Source: a virus
Lineage: Duplodnaviria; Caudoviricetes
Direction: 5' to 3' (one strand)
Length of the DNA stretch: 58,146 nucleotides
IMG/VR virus record: IMGVR_UViG_3300030102_005682
Location: 1-58,146 of that record
Every line of letters begins with the position of its first letter. Position 1 is the stretch's first letter. Both the position numbers and the translations under genes were made by a program. This document shows, one piece after another, positions 7,356 to 17,823 of the stretch. Under the pieces are notes generated by a model. It was not told the origin of the DNA. It searched no databases and saw nothing but the letters and a program-made list of their open reading frames with translations.

Positions 7356-7559
7356 ATGAAATATTTTTTAATTATATGGTTATGTGTTAACGATCCGAAC
7401 TTGCCTTTGAGCAATACCTGTCAACAACTGACCATGGACAATGAACCATTTGATACAGTGATAGGCTGTAACGAAGAAGCGGCTAAAATATACCAAAGTG
7501 TCAAACCAGCTGGTAATGTTTACTTAACAAGCTTTTGTTCATTAAAGCCTTCAACATAA
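7356..7559 (+). CDS. Small Cys-containing protein with hydrophobic N-terminus
   Basis: MKYFLIIWLC start, four spaced Cys. Confidence 0.6.
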   Translation: MKYFLIIWLCVNDPNLPLSNTCQQLTMDNEPFDTVIGCNEEAAKIYQSVKPAGNVYLTSFCSLKPST

Positions 7560-7563
7560 TGCT

Positions 7564-7802
7564 GTTACGCATATAGTTTATTAAATTAAAATAAAAAAAT
7601 AAAAAATAAAAAAATGGACCGTTTGTTACGTAACACTATATATTTATTAATATAATATATATATATCAATCGTTTTAGCTGTTACGTGGGTGTTACGTGG
7701 TTATCCCAACGTTACGTAACAGTGGGAATAATTAGGATTGATTTTACTTTAAATCTATGAGAAGTGTATCCTAATGACAAAAACAGACGTAACAGACGTA
7801 AC
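7564..7802. repeat. GTTACG iteron-like repeats around AT-rich tracts (candidate origin)
   Basis: GTTACG at 7564, 7625, 7681, 7692, 7711 (palindromic GTTACGTAAC at 7625 and 7711); inverse CGTAAC at 7788 and 7797. Confidence 0.6.
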
Positions 7803-8310
7803 AACTAAGTTACAAGAAAGATTTGATCACTTCCCAGGACTAACACCAAAGCAGGCTAAGTTTGCTCAGCTGATAGTTTTGTACGAAGGTAGAAAGACCG
7901 CAACACAAATAGCGATCGAAAGTGGTTTCTCTGAAAAGACTGCAAGACAACAAGCTAGTAACATGCAAAACCCAAAGATGTTTCCTAAAGTTGTTGATGC
8001 CATACAGCATTACAGAGTTCAATTTTATAGAAAGTATGAAACAAGTTATGATAAGCATTTAAAAAGAATGTATGAATTATCTTCAAGAGCAGAAGAGGCA
8101 GGCAATTGGAATGCTGCCGTAGCTGCTGAGAAAAATAGAGGCCAGGTGGCAGGGCTGTATATTGATAAAAAAGAAATAAAATATGGAACTATTGATAGTA
8201 TGAGTATGGAGGAAGTCGATGCAAAAATTGTTGAACTTGAGAAAAGATTATCTGGCGAATCGGCTAAAGTTATAAATGCCAGTGACGAACAAGAAACAGC
8301 TCAAAGGTAG
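7774..8310 (+). CDS. terS: Terminase small subunit
   Basis: LTPKQAKFA...ATQIAIESGFSEKTARQQAS HTH pattern; upstream of terL. Confidence 0.8.
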   Translation: MTKTDVTDVTTKLQERFDHFPGLTPKQAKFAQLIVLYEGRKTATQIAIESGFSEKTARQQASNMQNPKMFPKVVDAIQHYRVQFYRKYETSYDKHLKRMYELSSRAEEAGNWNAAVAAEKNRGQVAGLYIDKKEIKYGTIDSMSMEEVDAKIVELEKRLSGESAKVINASDEQETAQR

Positions 8311-8665
8311 TTGGGCACATCAAGCTGCCTTGTTATGGCTTTTAGATAGGGGGTATTATGTATTCAGTAATGTTTTTGGCTATGGCCCAATTGACGTTGT
8401 TGCTGTTAATGACCTGGGTGATATAGAGTTGTTTGATGTTAAGGTTGCAGGATTTAGAAACAATAAAGACACAAAGGGCTCTAAACAATTAATAAATAGA
8501 ATGTTGACTGAAGAACAGAAAGATATGGGAGTCAAATTATTATATGTTTTTGAGGATGGTACGTGTAGAGTTCAGATGGAGAGAGGCGAATGGTTGAAAA
8601 AACAAAAAGAAAAAAGAGACAAGAAAGGTAGATACATAGGCAGTGGCATCGACACCGGAGAGTAG
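8276..8665 (+). CDS. PD-(D/E)XK endonuclease
   Basis: KG...WLLDRGYYVF...GPIDVVA...LFDVK. Confidence 0.7.
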   Translation: MPVTNKKQLKGSWAHQAALLWLLDRGYYVFSNVFGYGPIDVVAVNDLGDIELFDVKVAGFRNNKDTKGSKQLINRMLTEEQKDMGVKLLYVFEDGTCRVQMERGEWLKKQKEKRDKKGRYIGSGIDTGE

Positions 8666-9077
8666 ATTATCAAAAAAAGTAAGAACTAATTTTACTAATG
8701 TACACTTCCTTAAAATAGATTCTTGGTCGACACCAGGTATGCCTGATTTATATGGTCTTTACAAATGGGGTAATAATAACCCAGGTACATTTTGGATGGA
8801 ACTCAAGTGTACAAAAATTAACAAGTTGGGACTGAGTCCACAGCAAGTTGCTATAAATCTCAAGCTATCTGAGTACAACATACCTAATTACATACTTGCC
8901 GAAAGCCTCTCTCGGCGGCAGCTCAAAATATTTCCAGGAAGCGTGGTTCAAGATTGTGCGAAGGATGGTTTTAAGTCCATGAGTCATGTTGCATGCTTCG
9001 ATGGCCCCTACGATTGGACAGCCGTGGAAAAATCCGTGGTCCAAGTCTCCCCACACCATACCGATCTTATAGTATAA
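8643..9077 (+). CDS. VRR-NUC/Holliday-junction-resolvase-like nuclease
   Basis: PESRL, GMPDL, FWMELK, LSPQQ. Confidence 0.75.
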   Translation: MASTPESRLSKKVRTNFTNVHFLKIDSWSTPGMPDLYGLYKWGNNNPGTFWMELKCTKINKLGLSPQQVAINLKLSEYNIPNYILAESLSRRQLKIFPGSVVQDCAKDGFKSMSHVACFDGPYDWTAVEKSVVQVSPHHTDLIV

Positions 9078-9900
9078 AAAGTTCCCGCGCTCCCGCTCGC
9101 GAGCAGCTTTTCTTCTCCTGAATCACGATTCAACACTACATCTTGAAAAATCCGAAGCGACTAACACCGGATCTTGTGTTATGCCTATGATAGAACTGGG
9201 AGCGGCCCAGGCAGGATGCAGCTGGAAATCCTGAAAAAATCCGAAGGTCAAGTCTCCCCATTTTTGGTATGATATATAATAAATTAACCGGATCCCGCTC
9301 GCGCCGGAGTTGGGTGAAAGTCCTTTTTTCAAGGGTTTTTGCCGAATCGTGATCCGTGATTCAGGGTAAAAGTGCCGATATACTTGAAAAATCCGAAGCT
9401 GCGGTCTCCCCATTTTTGAGATGGTATATAATATAAGTGGGAGCTCCGGGCCAGGTGAGTTGTTCGATTTTCTTCATGAAAAGGCTTGAAAAATAAGGGC
9501 AAATCACTATATATATAGCATGCAGCTGCATCCCTGGTGAAGATTAGCAGGTGATACAGCTCAGTCAGGAGAAAGATATGAATTTATTAGCAATTGCAGG
9601 TCTCATTTGGGCATTCCTCTTAGCCATTGGGTTCGAGATGAAAGGGGGGACCTTGATAATACTGGTCTTCTTGGTCATCGCTGGACTGGTCGAAGGTGCA
9701 CGTGAGGTAGGGGGTTTCATCAATGTGCTCCTATAAAATCCGAAGCACGAGTATCCCCGTTGATATGGGACGTACTAATAAAAAAAGTTCCCGCTCGCGA
9801 GCAGCGCGGGTAAAAATCTTCGGAAAATCCGAAGGTTGAGTATCCTTGATAACATAGGATCTTACCAATAGAAAATCTGGGCGCAGACCAGCTGATGCCA
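9029..9900. repeat. Degenerate multi-motif repeat region upstream of terL
   Basis: AAAATCCGAAG at 9147, 9236, 9388, 9735, 9824 (variant at 9029); CCCGCTCGCG at 9092, 9294, 9790. Confidence 0.8.
9578..9736 (+). CDS. Small two-TM membrane protein
   Basis: AGGAG RBS; two hydrophobic segments; lies between repeat copies. Confidence 0.6.
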   Translation: MNLLAIAGLIWAFLLAIGFEMKGGTLIILVFLVIAGLVEGAREVGGFINVLL

Positions 9901-10041
9901 AAAGTGAAAAAAAATTTTCGAGTTTCTTGTTTGGTTGACAAGATAAGTTGGGGTAAAAAACAATTAACATTTTTTTTATTTTGTTATTGTAATTTATCCC
10001 AACTTCATATTTAATATTAGTTAGAAAGGAGAAAGTAAGGT

Positions 10042-10317
10042 ATGTCAACTGAACTAGAACAAGTCTTACAGATAATTCAAGGTGGAAAAAAAGCAAGTAC
10101 TTCGCACCTTAATTCTGCTTGGCAAAAACAAATGCTAGGTTGGGTTTACTCAACTGCATTAGAGTCTGCCATTATGACTTATCTAACATCAAATGATATG
10201 AGTAAAGAAAATCTTATTAGAACTTTACTTACTATCATTCAGAATAAACCTAGTGATATGCAAAGTTCAATATCTGAACAAGTCCAGTCAGAACTTGAAA
10301 AAGTCCTGAACAACTAG
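10042..10317 (+). CDS. Hypothetical protein
   Basis: GAAAGGAG upstream and a TTGTAA-N17-TTTAAT promoter-like site at 9987. Confidence 0.7.
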   Translation: MSTELEQVLQIIQGGKKASTSHLNSAWQKQMLGWVYSTALESAIMTYLTSNDMSKENLIRTLLTIIQNKPSDMQSSISEQVQSELEKVLNN

Positions 10318-10581
10318 GGTTATACCTGTAAAACAATTTCCTGTGATGGTGGTTCTCTGCCATCACCAAATCCACCCCCCACATATCCACACACACAAAG
10401 TCAGCATACTAGATCTAGTAGTCCCATTGGTTTTGGAAAGTCAAAACTGTTTTTTTTTGCACCCCCCACCCCCCTTTTTTACTTAGTATAGGACAGAAGA
10501 GTGTAAAGACCAAGTTTTGCACATACACAACCTCCCATAAAAAGTTTTGAAAAAGGGGACCCAATTTGTTATACAAAGTCA

Positions 10582-12048
10582 ATGGGAATCAACATTGAGG
10601 GGCTGACCCCCTTAGAACAAGAAGAGACGTTAAAGAAACTCCTCTTAAGAAAAAAAATTTTAGAATTACAAAAAGATCAGAAAGAAGATTTTTTGACCTT
10701 TGTAAGATCTGTGTGGCCAGAGTTTATTGCTGGACGACATCATAAAATTATTGCAAAAAAATTTGAGGCTATCGCCAACAAGAAAATTAAAAGACTTATT
10801 GTCAACATGCCTCCACGACATACGAAATCTGAATTTGCATCTTACCTCTTTCCAGCGTGGATGATGGGCCGTGAACCACGGCTCAAGATAATTCAAACAT
10901 CACACACGGCAGAATTAGCACAACGCTTTGGTCGTAAAGTCAGAAACTTAATCGACACACAAGATTATCAAAATATCTTTCCTGGCATGGAATTATCGGC
11001 GGACTCCAAAGCAGCGGGTCGTTGGGAAACGAACCAAGGAGGAGAATACTTTTCTGCGGGTGTCGGTGGAGCAATAACAGGTCGTGGTGCTGATCTATTA
11101 ATTATAGACGACCCACATTCCGAACAAGACGCACTTAGTGCAACAGCGTTAGAAAATGCGTGGGAGTGGTATTCATCAGGTCCTCGTCAGCGTTTACAGC
11201 CAGGTGGTGCTATCGTCATTGTCATGACTCGTTGGAATACAAAAGATATCACTGGAGAACTGATCAAGGCCCAAGGACAACCGAAAGCGGATCAATGGGA
11301 AGTAATAGAGTTTCCAGCTATCATGCCGTCAGATAAACCAGTGTGGCCTGAGTATTGGCAAAAAGAAGAATTAGAATCTGTTAAAGCTTCTATCTCCCTT
11401 GCTAAATGGAATGCTCAGTGGCAACAGAACCCTACAGCCGAAGAAGGAGCAATCATCAAACGGGAGTGGTGGCAACCATGGGAAAGTTCCAAGATGCCTG
11501 GCCTGGCACACGTGATACAATCGTATGATACTGCATTTAGCAAAAAAGAAACGGCGGACTATTCCGCTATCACTACATGGGGTATTTTCTGCCCTGATGA
11601 AAAAACACCAAATATAATTTTACTAGATATGAAAAAAGGTAGGTGGGACTTTCCTGAGATGAAAGAGGTCGCCTATGATAGTTACAAGTATTGGGAACCG
11701 GAGTCCGTGGTCATCGAAGCAAAAGCATCGGGCACACCGTTAACGCAAGAATTACGAATGCGTGGTATTCCTGTTATCAACTTTACACCGAGCAAAGGCA
11801 ATGATAAGTTGAGCAGAGTAAACTCAGTAGCCCCTCTATTTCAATCTGGGGTCGTATGGTACCCAGAAGGGGAAGCTTGGGCGGAAGAGTTAATCGAGGA
11901 ATGTGCAGCTTTTCCTTATGGAGAGTATGATGACCTTGTTGACTCAACGACCCAAGCCTTGATGAGATTTAGACAAGGTCGTTGGATAGAGTTGTCTGAT
12001 GATTTTGATGACGAACCAATAGGTAGAAAAAAAAGGGAATATTATTAA
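10582..12048 (+). CDS. terL: Terminase large subunit
   Basis: NMPPRHTKS (Walker A variant), LLIIDDP (Walker B), SYDTAF and DDLVDS nuclease motifs. Confidence 0.96.
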   Translation: MGINIEGLTPLEQEETLKKLLLRKKILELQKDQKEDFLTFVRSVWPEFIAGRHHKIIAKKFEAIANKKIKRLIVNMPPRHTKSEFASYLFPAWMMGREPRLKIIQTSHTAELAQRFGRKVRNLIDTQDYQNIFPGMELSADSKAAGRWETNQGGEYFSAGVGGAITGRGADLLIIDDPHSEQDALSATALENAWEWYSSGPRQRLQPGGAIVIVMTRWNTKDITGELIKAQGQPKADQWEVIEFPAIMPSDKPVWPEYWQKEELESVKASISLAKWNAQWQQNPTAEEGAIIKREWWQPWESSKMPGLAHVIQSYDTAFSKKETADYSAITTWGIFCPDEKTPNIILLDMKKGRWDFPEMKEVAYDSYKYWEPESVVIEAKASGTPLTQELRMRGIPVINFTPSKGNDKLSRVNSVAPLFQSGVVWYPEGEAWAEELIEECAAFPYGEYDDLVDSTTQALMRFRQGRWIELSDDFDDEPIGRKKREYY

Positions 12049-14492
12049 TGCCAAGTAATTTTGAAAGTTTGAACTCTTTAGATTTTTTAAGAGGCTTTAA
12101 AGAGGGTGATCAAGTAGATAACGATCGTTTTAAAGAAACTTCAGACATCGTCACCGACATGGCAGAAAATAGAATAGAAGGAGTAAGTGAAGACGAGGCT
12201 CGAAGCTTAGGAGAAACTATCCGTGATTTTTTTTCTAGTAAAAATAAAATGGAGGAGTTTAGAGAAAAAAACAAAGCTAAGATCGAGGCAGATAAAAAAT
12301 TAATTGGAAAAATTTTAAACAGCACTCCTGCTGGACAAGTTAGAAAATTTATAACCAAAGCTATTGTTAAAAACTACGGTCCACAGTTTATGGACATGAC
12401 TGAAAATTTTTTCAAAAACATTCTTCCTATAGAAGATAAGTCTGTGCCAACTCAGATTAATTGGGCAGACTCATTAAGTAATCAACCTTATCAAAACAAA
12501 GCATATAACAACGATCAATATTTAGAAGCAGGAGCAGGAATCGATACAAACTTTTCCAATATCCGTGCTTATCTAAACATGCTTCCTGACAACCAACAAA
12601 TTAGCACAAAAGATTTATTAGGTGAGCTTAGAAGATTAGGGACAGAGAAATATAACGAAACCCCTTTTGGTAAATTTTATAATCCTGCTGAATTAAGAGA
12701 ATCAGGTTTTGAATATTCATTATTGCAAATGCTTAACAAAGATCCTAACGCAGCTATGACTACGACTGAGTATATAAACATGTTTAATAAAACAGATCCA
12801 AAAACAAGTTTTAAAGGATTTGAAAGCCGATTATCTACTCAGGACAACCTCTTACAAAACTATCGTGTTGGTTTAGAAAACTTAGAGGCTCAAAGGGGAG
12901 GTACAAAAGAATTTAATCAGTTTAAATTTTCGTTAACTAGCGATCTACAAAATCAGTTTGAGAAATTAAATGAAACTTTAAGAGGTCTACCTGAAGATGT
13001 AGATAAAGGAGAGTTCGTTGGTAAGATGATCAAAGATGCAGGCAAACCTATCTATGAGCAAATTAAAGCAAATACAAAACAAATTAAAAGACTTAAACAA
13101 GGTATTCTTCCTTTTAACAGAGCAGGAAGAGCAAGAGACATTGCATACTTAGAAACACAAAACCAAGAGTTACAGCAGTTGTTAAGCGCTGTGATGGATA
13201 TGGGTGGAAACACAGGATTTCAAACAGCCACTCAAGCGTATTTATCTGCGGGGCAAAGCAGTTACTCATTAGGGGGAGGTAGAAATTATACCGTTAAAGG
13301 AATAACCTTCCAACCTAGAGATGTCCCTGGATTTAGTGAAAAATTTAAGTCAAGCACTCACTTCGCAAAGAATTTTGGCGCAATGGATACTTTTCATGTT
13401 AGGAGCGCAGACTACAAAGATATATCAGGTTTAGATACAACAATTATACAAGAGGTTCAATCAGATCAAGAGGAGCCTCGAAGAAAAGAAAAAAGTGTTC
13501 AAGACCCATCAGCAGACTTAAAAATAAATACTCTTATGAAAGAAATAGAGGACTACACAGCAAACTCAGTTTTGCCTGAAATGGAAAAAAGAAATATTGA
13601 ACCTGGCATTTTAGCTGAAATAGAAACTCTTTACGCTGAAATGATGAAAGAGTTTCGACAAAATGTTCAAGAGGCTGAAGGTAAAATAGTAAACTTACCT
13701 AGTTTTGATAAATACATTAATGAGTTTTTAGCAAGGTCTGAACTAGAGGGAATAATTACTAATGATAGAAGAAAGGAAATCTATCGTTTCTATAAAAGAA
13801 TTAAACCTCTCTACAGTTTAAAAAATCAATTATACAACCTTGAACAAAAATCAGGTGGTGACTACAGCGCAATAATGCCTTTTGTGTCTAACCCACAGTT
13901 GTATGCAGAGCAGGCTATTTGGCAAACATCTTTGGACTCTTTAAAAAGAGGAGTTAATTTTTTATCTTGGTTACCTGGTGAAGTGCAAACACAGGTTCAA
14001 CATGGTAGCTCAAGTGTTGATTTTAGTAATACTGAAGAAGTTTTAGCACAATACGGTAAACAAGCTCAGGGTCATTTTAATTTTTATGGTTCAGCAAAGA
14101 ACCCTGAGAACAACACAATGTACAAAGCTGCAGAAAATGTAATTAAAAAATATGATAAAATGGCAGAGATTTTAGGATGGGAGAACTATGAGTCACCTAA
14201 ATTATACGCTCAGGGCAATGAATTTTTTAACCTTCAAGGAGATCAGTTTGGCACGGGTAATCAGTATGATCAACAGCCTATGTTGTCAAATAATCAAGTA
14301 AGAGGTAAAGTTCCTAGTTTAAAAACAGGTTATGGTTTCATAGACTTTACTCCTATGATAAACTCCTTAACTGATAAACAGAAAGAAAGGTTGGAAACGA
14401 TTAATTTAAATAACTTTCCATCTTACAAACAAGGTGGACAAGTGGATAGTCCTAGTTTAGTTTCTTTAGAAGAGGTTATAAATGGCAGTTGA
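12048..14492 (+). CDS. Large uncharacterised protein, possibly internal virion protein
   Basis: 814-aa ORF coupled to terL and portal; N-terminal RGFKEGDQV, C-terminal YKQGGQV, internal IIQEVQSD. Confidence 0.6.
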   Translation: MPSNFESLNSLDFLRGFKEGDQVDNDRFKETSDIVTDMAENRIEGVSEDEARSLGETIRDFFSSKNKMEEFREKNKAKIEADKKLIGKILNSTPAGQVRKFITKAIVKNYGPQFMDMTENFFKNILPIEDKSVPTQINWADSLSNQPYQNKAYNNDQYLEAGAGIDTNFSNIRAYLNMLPDNQQISTKDLLGELRRLGTEKYNETPFGKFYNPAELRESGFEYSLLQMLNKDPNAAMTTTEYINMFNKTDPKTSFKGFESRLSTQDNLLQNYRVGLENLEAQRGGTKEFNQFKFSLTSDLQNQFEKLNETLRGLPEDVDKGEFVGKMIKDAGKPIYEQIKANTKQIKRLKQGILPFNRAGRARDIAYLETQNQELQQLLSAVMDMGGNTGFQTATQAYLSAGQSSYSLGGGRNYTVKGITFQPRDVPGFSEKFKSSTHFAKNFGAMDTFHVRSADYKDISGLDTTIIQEVQSDQEEPRRKEKSVQDPSADLKINTLMKEIEDYTANSVLPEMEKRNIEPGILAEIETLYAEMMKEFRQNVQEAEGKIVNLPSFDKYINEFLARSELEGIITNDRRKEIYRFYKRIKPLYSLKNQLYNLEQKSGGDYSAIMPFVSNPQLYAEQAIWQTSLDSLKRGVNFLSWLPGEVQTQVQHGSSSVDFSNTEEVLAQYGKQAQGHFNFYGSAKNPENNTMYKAAENVIKKYDKMAEILGWENYESPKLYAQGNEFFNLQGDQFGTGNQYDQQPMLSNNQVRGKVPSLKTGYGFIDFTPMINSLTDKQKERLETINLNNFPSYKQGGQVDSPSLVSLEEVINGS

Positions 14493-16866
14493 TAAAGGCA
14501 TAAATCAAAACGAAACAATTGAAGTTGCAAAGGTGGGGACAGAAGTTCAAATGAGTGGTCCTGCAACTGACGATAGATTTTTAATTGAAGAGGACGGCTC
14601 TGCCGTGATGAATCCTGAACAGGTTCAAGAACAAGTTGATTTTGGTTCTAACTTAGCAGAGTTCATGGAAGACGATGAGCTAGAGATGTTATCTAATGAA
14701 TTAAAATCTGAATATGAATCAGATAAAGCATCTCGTGAAGAATGGGAGATGGGATACACTAAAGGGTTAGATCTTTTAGGATTTAAGTATGAAGAAAGAA
14801 GCAGACCATTTGATGGAGCCAGTGGTGTTTATCACCCGCTACTCTCAGAGTCTGTTGTTCAGTTTCAAGCACAAGCATATAAAGAAATGTTACCAGCTGG
14901 AGGACCAGTCAGAACACAGTTAGTTGGTGTTAGAACTCCTCAAGCAGAAGCGCAAGCAGACAGAGTTAAAGAGTTTATGAATTATTACATTACAGATGTA
15001 ATGGAAGAGTATGATCCTGAAATGGATCAAATGTTATTTCACTTACCTTTGGCAGGTTCTGCATTTAAAAAAGTTTATTATGATGGAGCAATGAATAGAG
15101 CAGTATCAAAATTTGTTGCTGCTGAGGATCTTGTTGTTCCTTACATGACAGCGGATTTAGAATCTGCTGAGCGTGTGACTCATCTTGTAAAAATGACAGA
15201 AAACGAAATTAGAAAACAACAAGTGTCAGGTTTTTATAGAGACGTAAAAATTAATCCTTATGAAGAAGAAAGTGATATTCAAGAAAAATATGATGAATTA
15301 GAGGGAAATAAAAAAGAAGAAAGTTATCAAGATTACACTTTGTTAGAAATGCACGTTTTGTTAGACTTAGATAATTTTGGTGATGTTAATGAAAAAGGCG
15401 AAAAGACAGGAATTAAAATACCGTACATTGTTACTATTGATGAAGGCTCAGGCAAAATTTTATCAATCTATAGAAACTTTGGTAGAGGTGATCCTCTTAA
15501 AAAGAAGACTCAATATTTTGTACATTACAAATTTTTACCCGGTCTTGGTTTTTATGGCTTTGGTCTTATTCATATGTTGGGTGGTCTTACACGAACTGCA
15601 ACTGCATCGCTTCGTCAACTGCTTGATGCAGGAACGTTGTCAAATTTACCTGCTGGGTTCAAGTCTCGTGGTTTCAGAATAAGAGATGATGATCAACCGA
15701 TTCAGCCTGGAGAGTTTAGAGACGTAGATGCACCTAACGGTATACTAAGAGACTCACTTCTTCCTCTACCTTATAAAGAACCGTCAGGCACATTATTTCA
15801 ATTACTAGGATTTTGTGTTGATGCAGGCAGACGCTTTGCAGCTATCGCTGATATGAAAATGCCTGAGGGCGGATCAGAGATGCCTGTTGGAACAACCATG
15901 GCACTTCTTGAGCGGGGGACAAAAGTTATGTCAGCCATTCACAAAAGATTACACAACGCTCAAAGAGCAGAGTTTAAATTATTATCAAAAATATTTGCTT
16001 CTTACTTACCACCCAACTATCCATACATGACTCCTAATGGAGATAATTTTGTTAAACAAGCAGACTTTGATAGTAGAGTAGATGTGCTTCCTGTTTCAGA
16101 TCCAAATATTTTTTCAATATCACAAAGGGTTACTATGGCTCAGATGCAATTACAATTAGCACAGAGCAAACCTGAAATGCACAATTTGTATGAAGCTTAT
16201 AGAAGAATGTATGAAGCTTTAGGTGTTCAACAAATCGAAACTATTTTACCACCTCCCTCTCAACCAATGCCTGAAGATCCTGGTGTTGAAAATTCAAAGG
16301 CTTTGAAAGGTGGTCAGCTACAAGCTTTTCCTCAACAAAACCATGATGCTCATATTGAAGCTCATAGGTCATTCATGTCGTCTCAACTTGTAAGATCTCA
16401 AGTAGCAGTGCTTGCGATCTTACAAGGACACGTATCTGAACACGTATCTTTAGCTGCAAGGGCATCAATCATGCAAGTTGTGCAACAGCAAATCACTCAG
16501 TTGTCAGAACAATTTGGTGGTCAAATACCTCCACAAGTTCAACAACAAATCATGAATGAAGCAGAATCTCAAGTTGCACAGATTGTTGCTGTGGTAACAA
16601 ACAAAATGGTGCAAGAAGAGACAGAAGGCATGTCACAACAAGCTCAAGATCCAATTATTGAATTAAAAAATAAAGAATTAGATCTAAGAGCTGCTGAGAT
16701 TCAAAGAAAAGCTCAAGAATCTATGATGCAGTTCCAAATGGATCAACAAAAATTAGATCAAGACAGAACCTTGGCGGAAAATAAGTTGCAAAGCCAAGAA
16801 GATTTGACAGAATATAGACAGGAAATGGCAATAAAAAGGGATCAATTGAAAGCAAACAGAGGATGA
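14482..16866 (+). CDS. Portal protein (P22-like, long Gln-rich C-terminus)
   Basis: HPLLSESVVQFQA, LPLAGSAFKKVYYD, FLPGLGFYGFG; position after terL. Confidence 0.9.
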   Translation: MAVDKGINQNETIEVAKVGTEVQMSGPATDDRFLIEEDGSAVMNPEQVQEQVDFGSNLAEFMEDDELEMLSNELKSEYESDKASREEWEMGYTKGLDLLGFKYEERSRPFDGASGVYHPLLSESVVQFQAQAYKEMLPAGGPVRTQLVGVRTPQAEAQADRVKEFMNYYITDVMEEYDPEMDQMLFHLPLAGSAFKKVYYDGAMNRAVSKFVAAEDLVVPYMTADLESAERVTHLVKMTENEIRKQQVSGFYRDVKINPYEEESDIQEKYDELEGNKKEESYQDYTLLEMHVLLDLDNFGDVNEKGEKTGIKIPYIVTIDEGSGKILSIYRNFGRGDPLKKKTQYFVHYKFLPGLGFYGFGLIHMLGGLTRTATASLRQLLDAGTLSNLPAGFKSRGFRIRDDDQPIQPGEFRDVDAPNGILRDSLLPLPYKEPSGTLFQLLGFCVDAGRRFAAIADMKMPEGGSEMPVGTTMALLERGTKVMSAIHKRLHNAQRAEFKLLSKIFASYLPPNYPYMTPNGDNFVKQADFDSRVDVLPVSDPNIFSISQRVTMAQMQLQLAQSKPEMHNLYEAYRRMYEALGVQQIETILPPPSQPMPEDPGVENSKALKGGQLQAFPQQNHDAHIEAHRSFMSSQLVRSQVAVLAILQGHVSEHVSLAARASIMQVVQQQITQLSEQFGGQIPPQVQQQIMNEAESQVAQIVAVVTNKMVQEETEGMSQQAQDPIIELKNKELDLRAAEIQRKAQESMMQFQMDQQKLDQDRTLAENKLQSQEDLTEYRQEMAIKRDQLKANRG

Positions 16867-17174
16867 GCATAGGAAGAAACCCAACAAAACTGTCTAGAAG
16901 ACAAATTGAACAGATTCAAAAGCTAGTAAAGAACCAAAGTCGTCAAAAAAGACTAACTCCCGAAAATTATAGGGCGGCTTTGATGAAAAATTTAGCTTTG
17001 AGAGCAAAAAATGGCGGAAAAATGTCGGTTTCAGCGGCCTTTAAAGAGTTAAAAAAGAACCCACCTAAAGTTTTAGGCAAAACGGCAAAAAAATATGGCA
17101 AAAAAAGAGCAGAAAAACAAAAAGTTGCAATCGCCCTCTCAAAAGCAGGTAAAACTCGTACCAAAAGGGCTTAA
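16863..17174 (+). CDS. Small basic protein
   Basis: Lys-rich; AKNGGKM and KQKVAIALSKAGK motifs; ATGA coupling. Confidence 0.7.
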   Translation: MSIGRNPTKLSRRQIEQIQKLVKNQSRQKRLTPENYRAALMKNLALRAKNGGKMSVSAAFKELKKNPPKVLGKTAKKYGKKRAEKQKVAIALSKAGKTRTKRA

Positions 17175-17418
17175 ACATCAACTTAAAGCAATAACACCTG
17201 AGCAATTAGAGGATTTGCAAACGGTAATCCGTGATCAAACAACAAATAGTCTTCAATATATTACAGAAGAGTTCGATCCGTTGATAGTTGCGAGTGCATA
17301 CTTGTCAATCGTCCGACAACTCTACATGTTATATCTAAATAAAGACGAGGCTGACGCATTATTCGAGTGGGCAAAGATGAATATGGACCCAAACTTCAAA
17401 AGGGAGCACTTGCATTAG
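17095..17418 (+). CDS. Hypothetical protein
   Basis: 107-aa ORF in operon context. Confidence 0.65.
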   Translation: MAKKEQKNKKLQSPSQKQVKLVPKGLKHQLKAITPEQLEDLQTVIRDQTTNSLQYITEEFDPLIVASAYLSIVRQLYMLYLNKDEADALFEWAKMNMDPNFKREHLH

Positions 17419-17443
17419 AACAAAAATAATGTAATTTTTTCGT

Positions 17444-17821
17444 ATGACTACTGACCCAAAAAAATTATCTTCATCAATGAGACCGCTCATTGAAAGTATT
17501 TTAAAAAAAGCTGTAGCTGCAGGAAATATTTCTCCAAAAGTTTTGGAACAAAGAATCAAAGATCTTGATTTAATAGATGCAGGTAAAAAACCCACTGGTA
17601 AAAAAGCAGGTGGACTAGCAGAAGCTACCGCTAAACTAAAAGCTCAAGGATTAAAAAAAGGTAGTCAGGTAAAAAAGAAGAAGAAAAAGAAAAGTTTCCC
17701 AGATTTAAATAAAGATGGCAAAGTAACAATGAAAGATATTCTTATTGGTCGTGGTGTTATTAAAAAAGCTAAAGTCGGCATGCAAATGAAGGGCACAAGC
17801 CCATTGATTAAAAAGAGATAA
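17444..17821 (+). CDS. Lys-rich protein with EF-hand-like loop
   Basis: FPDLNKDGKVTMKD (DxNxDG); KKAGGLA motif. Confidence 0.7.
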   Translation: MTTDPKKLSSSMRPLIESILKKAVAAGNISPKVLEQRIKDLDLIDAGKKPTGKKAGGLAEATAKLKAQGLKKGSQVKKKKKKKSFPDLNKDGKVTMKDILIGRGVIKKAKVGMQMKGTSPLIKKR

Positions 17822-17823
17822 TT

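Noticed and set aside
9123-10096. Minus-strand ORFs 9123-9413, 9720-9941 and 9731-10096
   Set aside because: They lie over the repeat field, lack clear RBS or motifs and conflict with better + strand calls.
10371-10480. C-rich runs upstream of terL as a terminus or pac site
   Set aside because: Low complexity only; no repeat or read-end evidence is available from the sequence.
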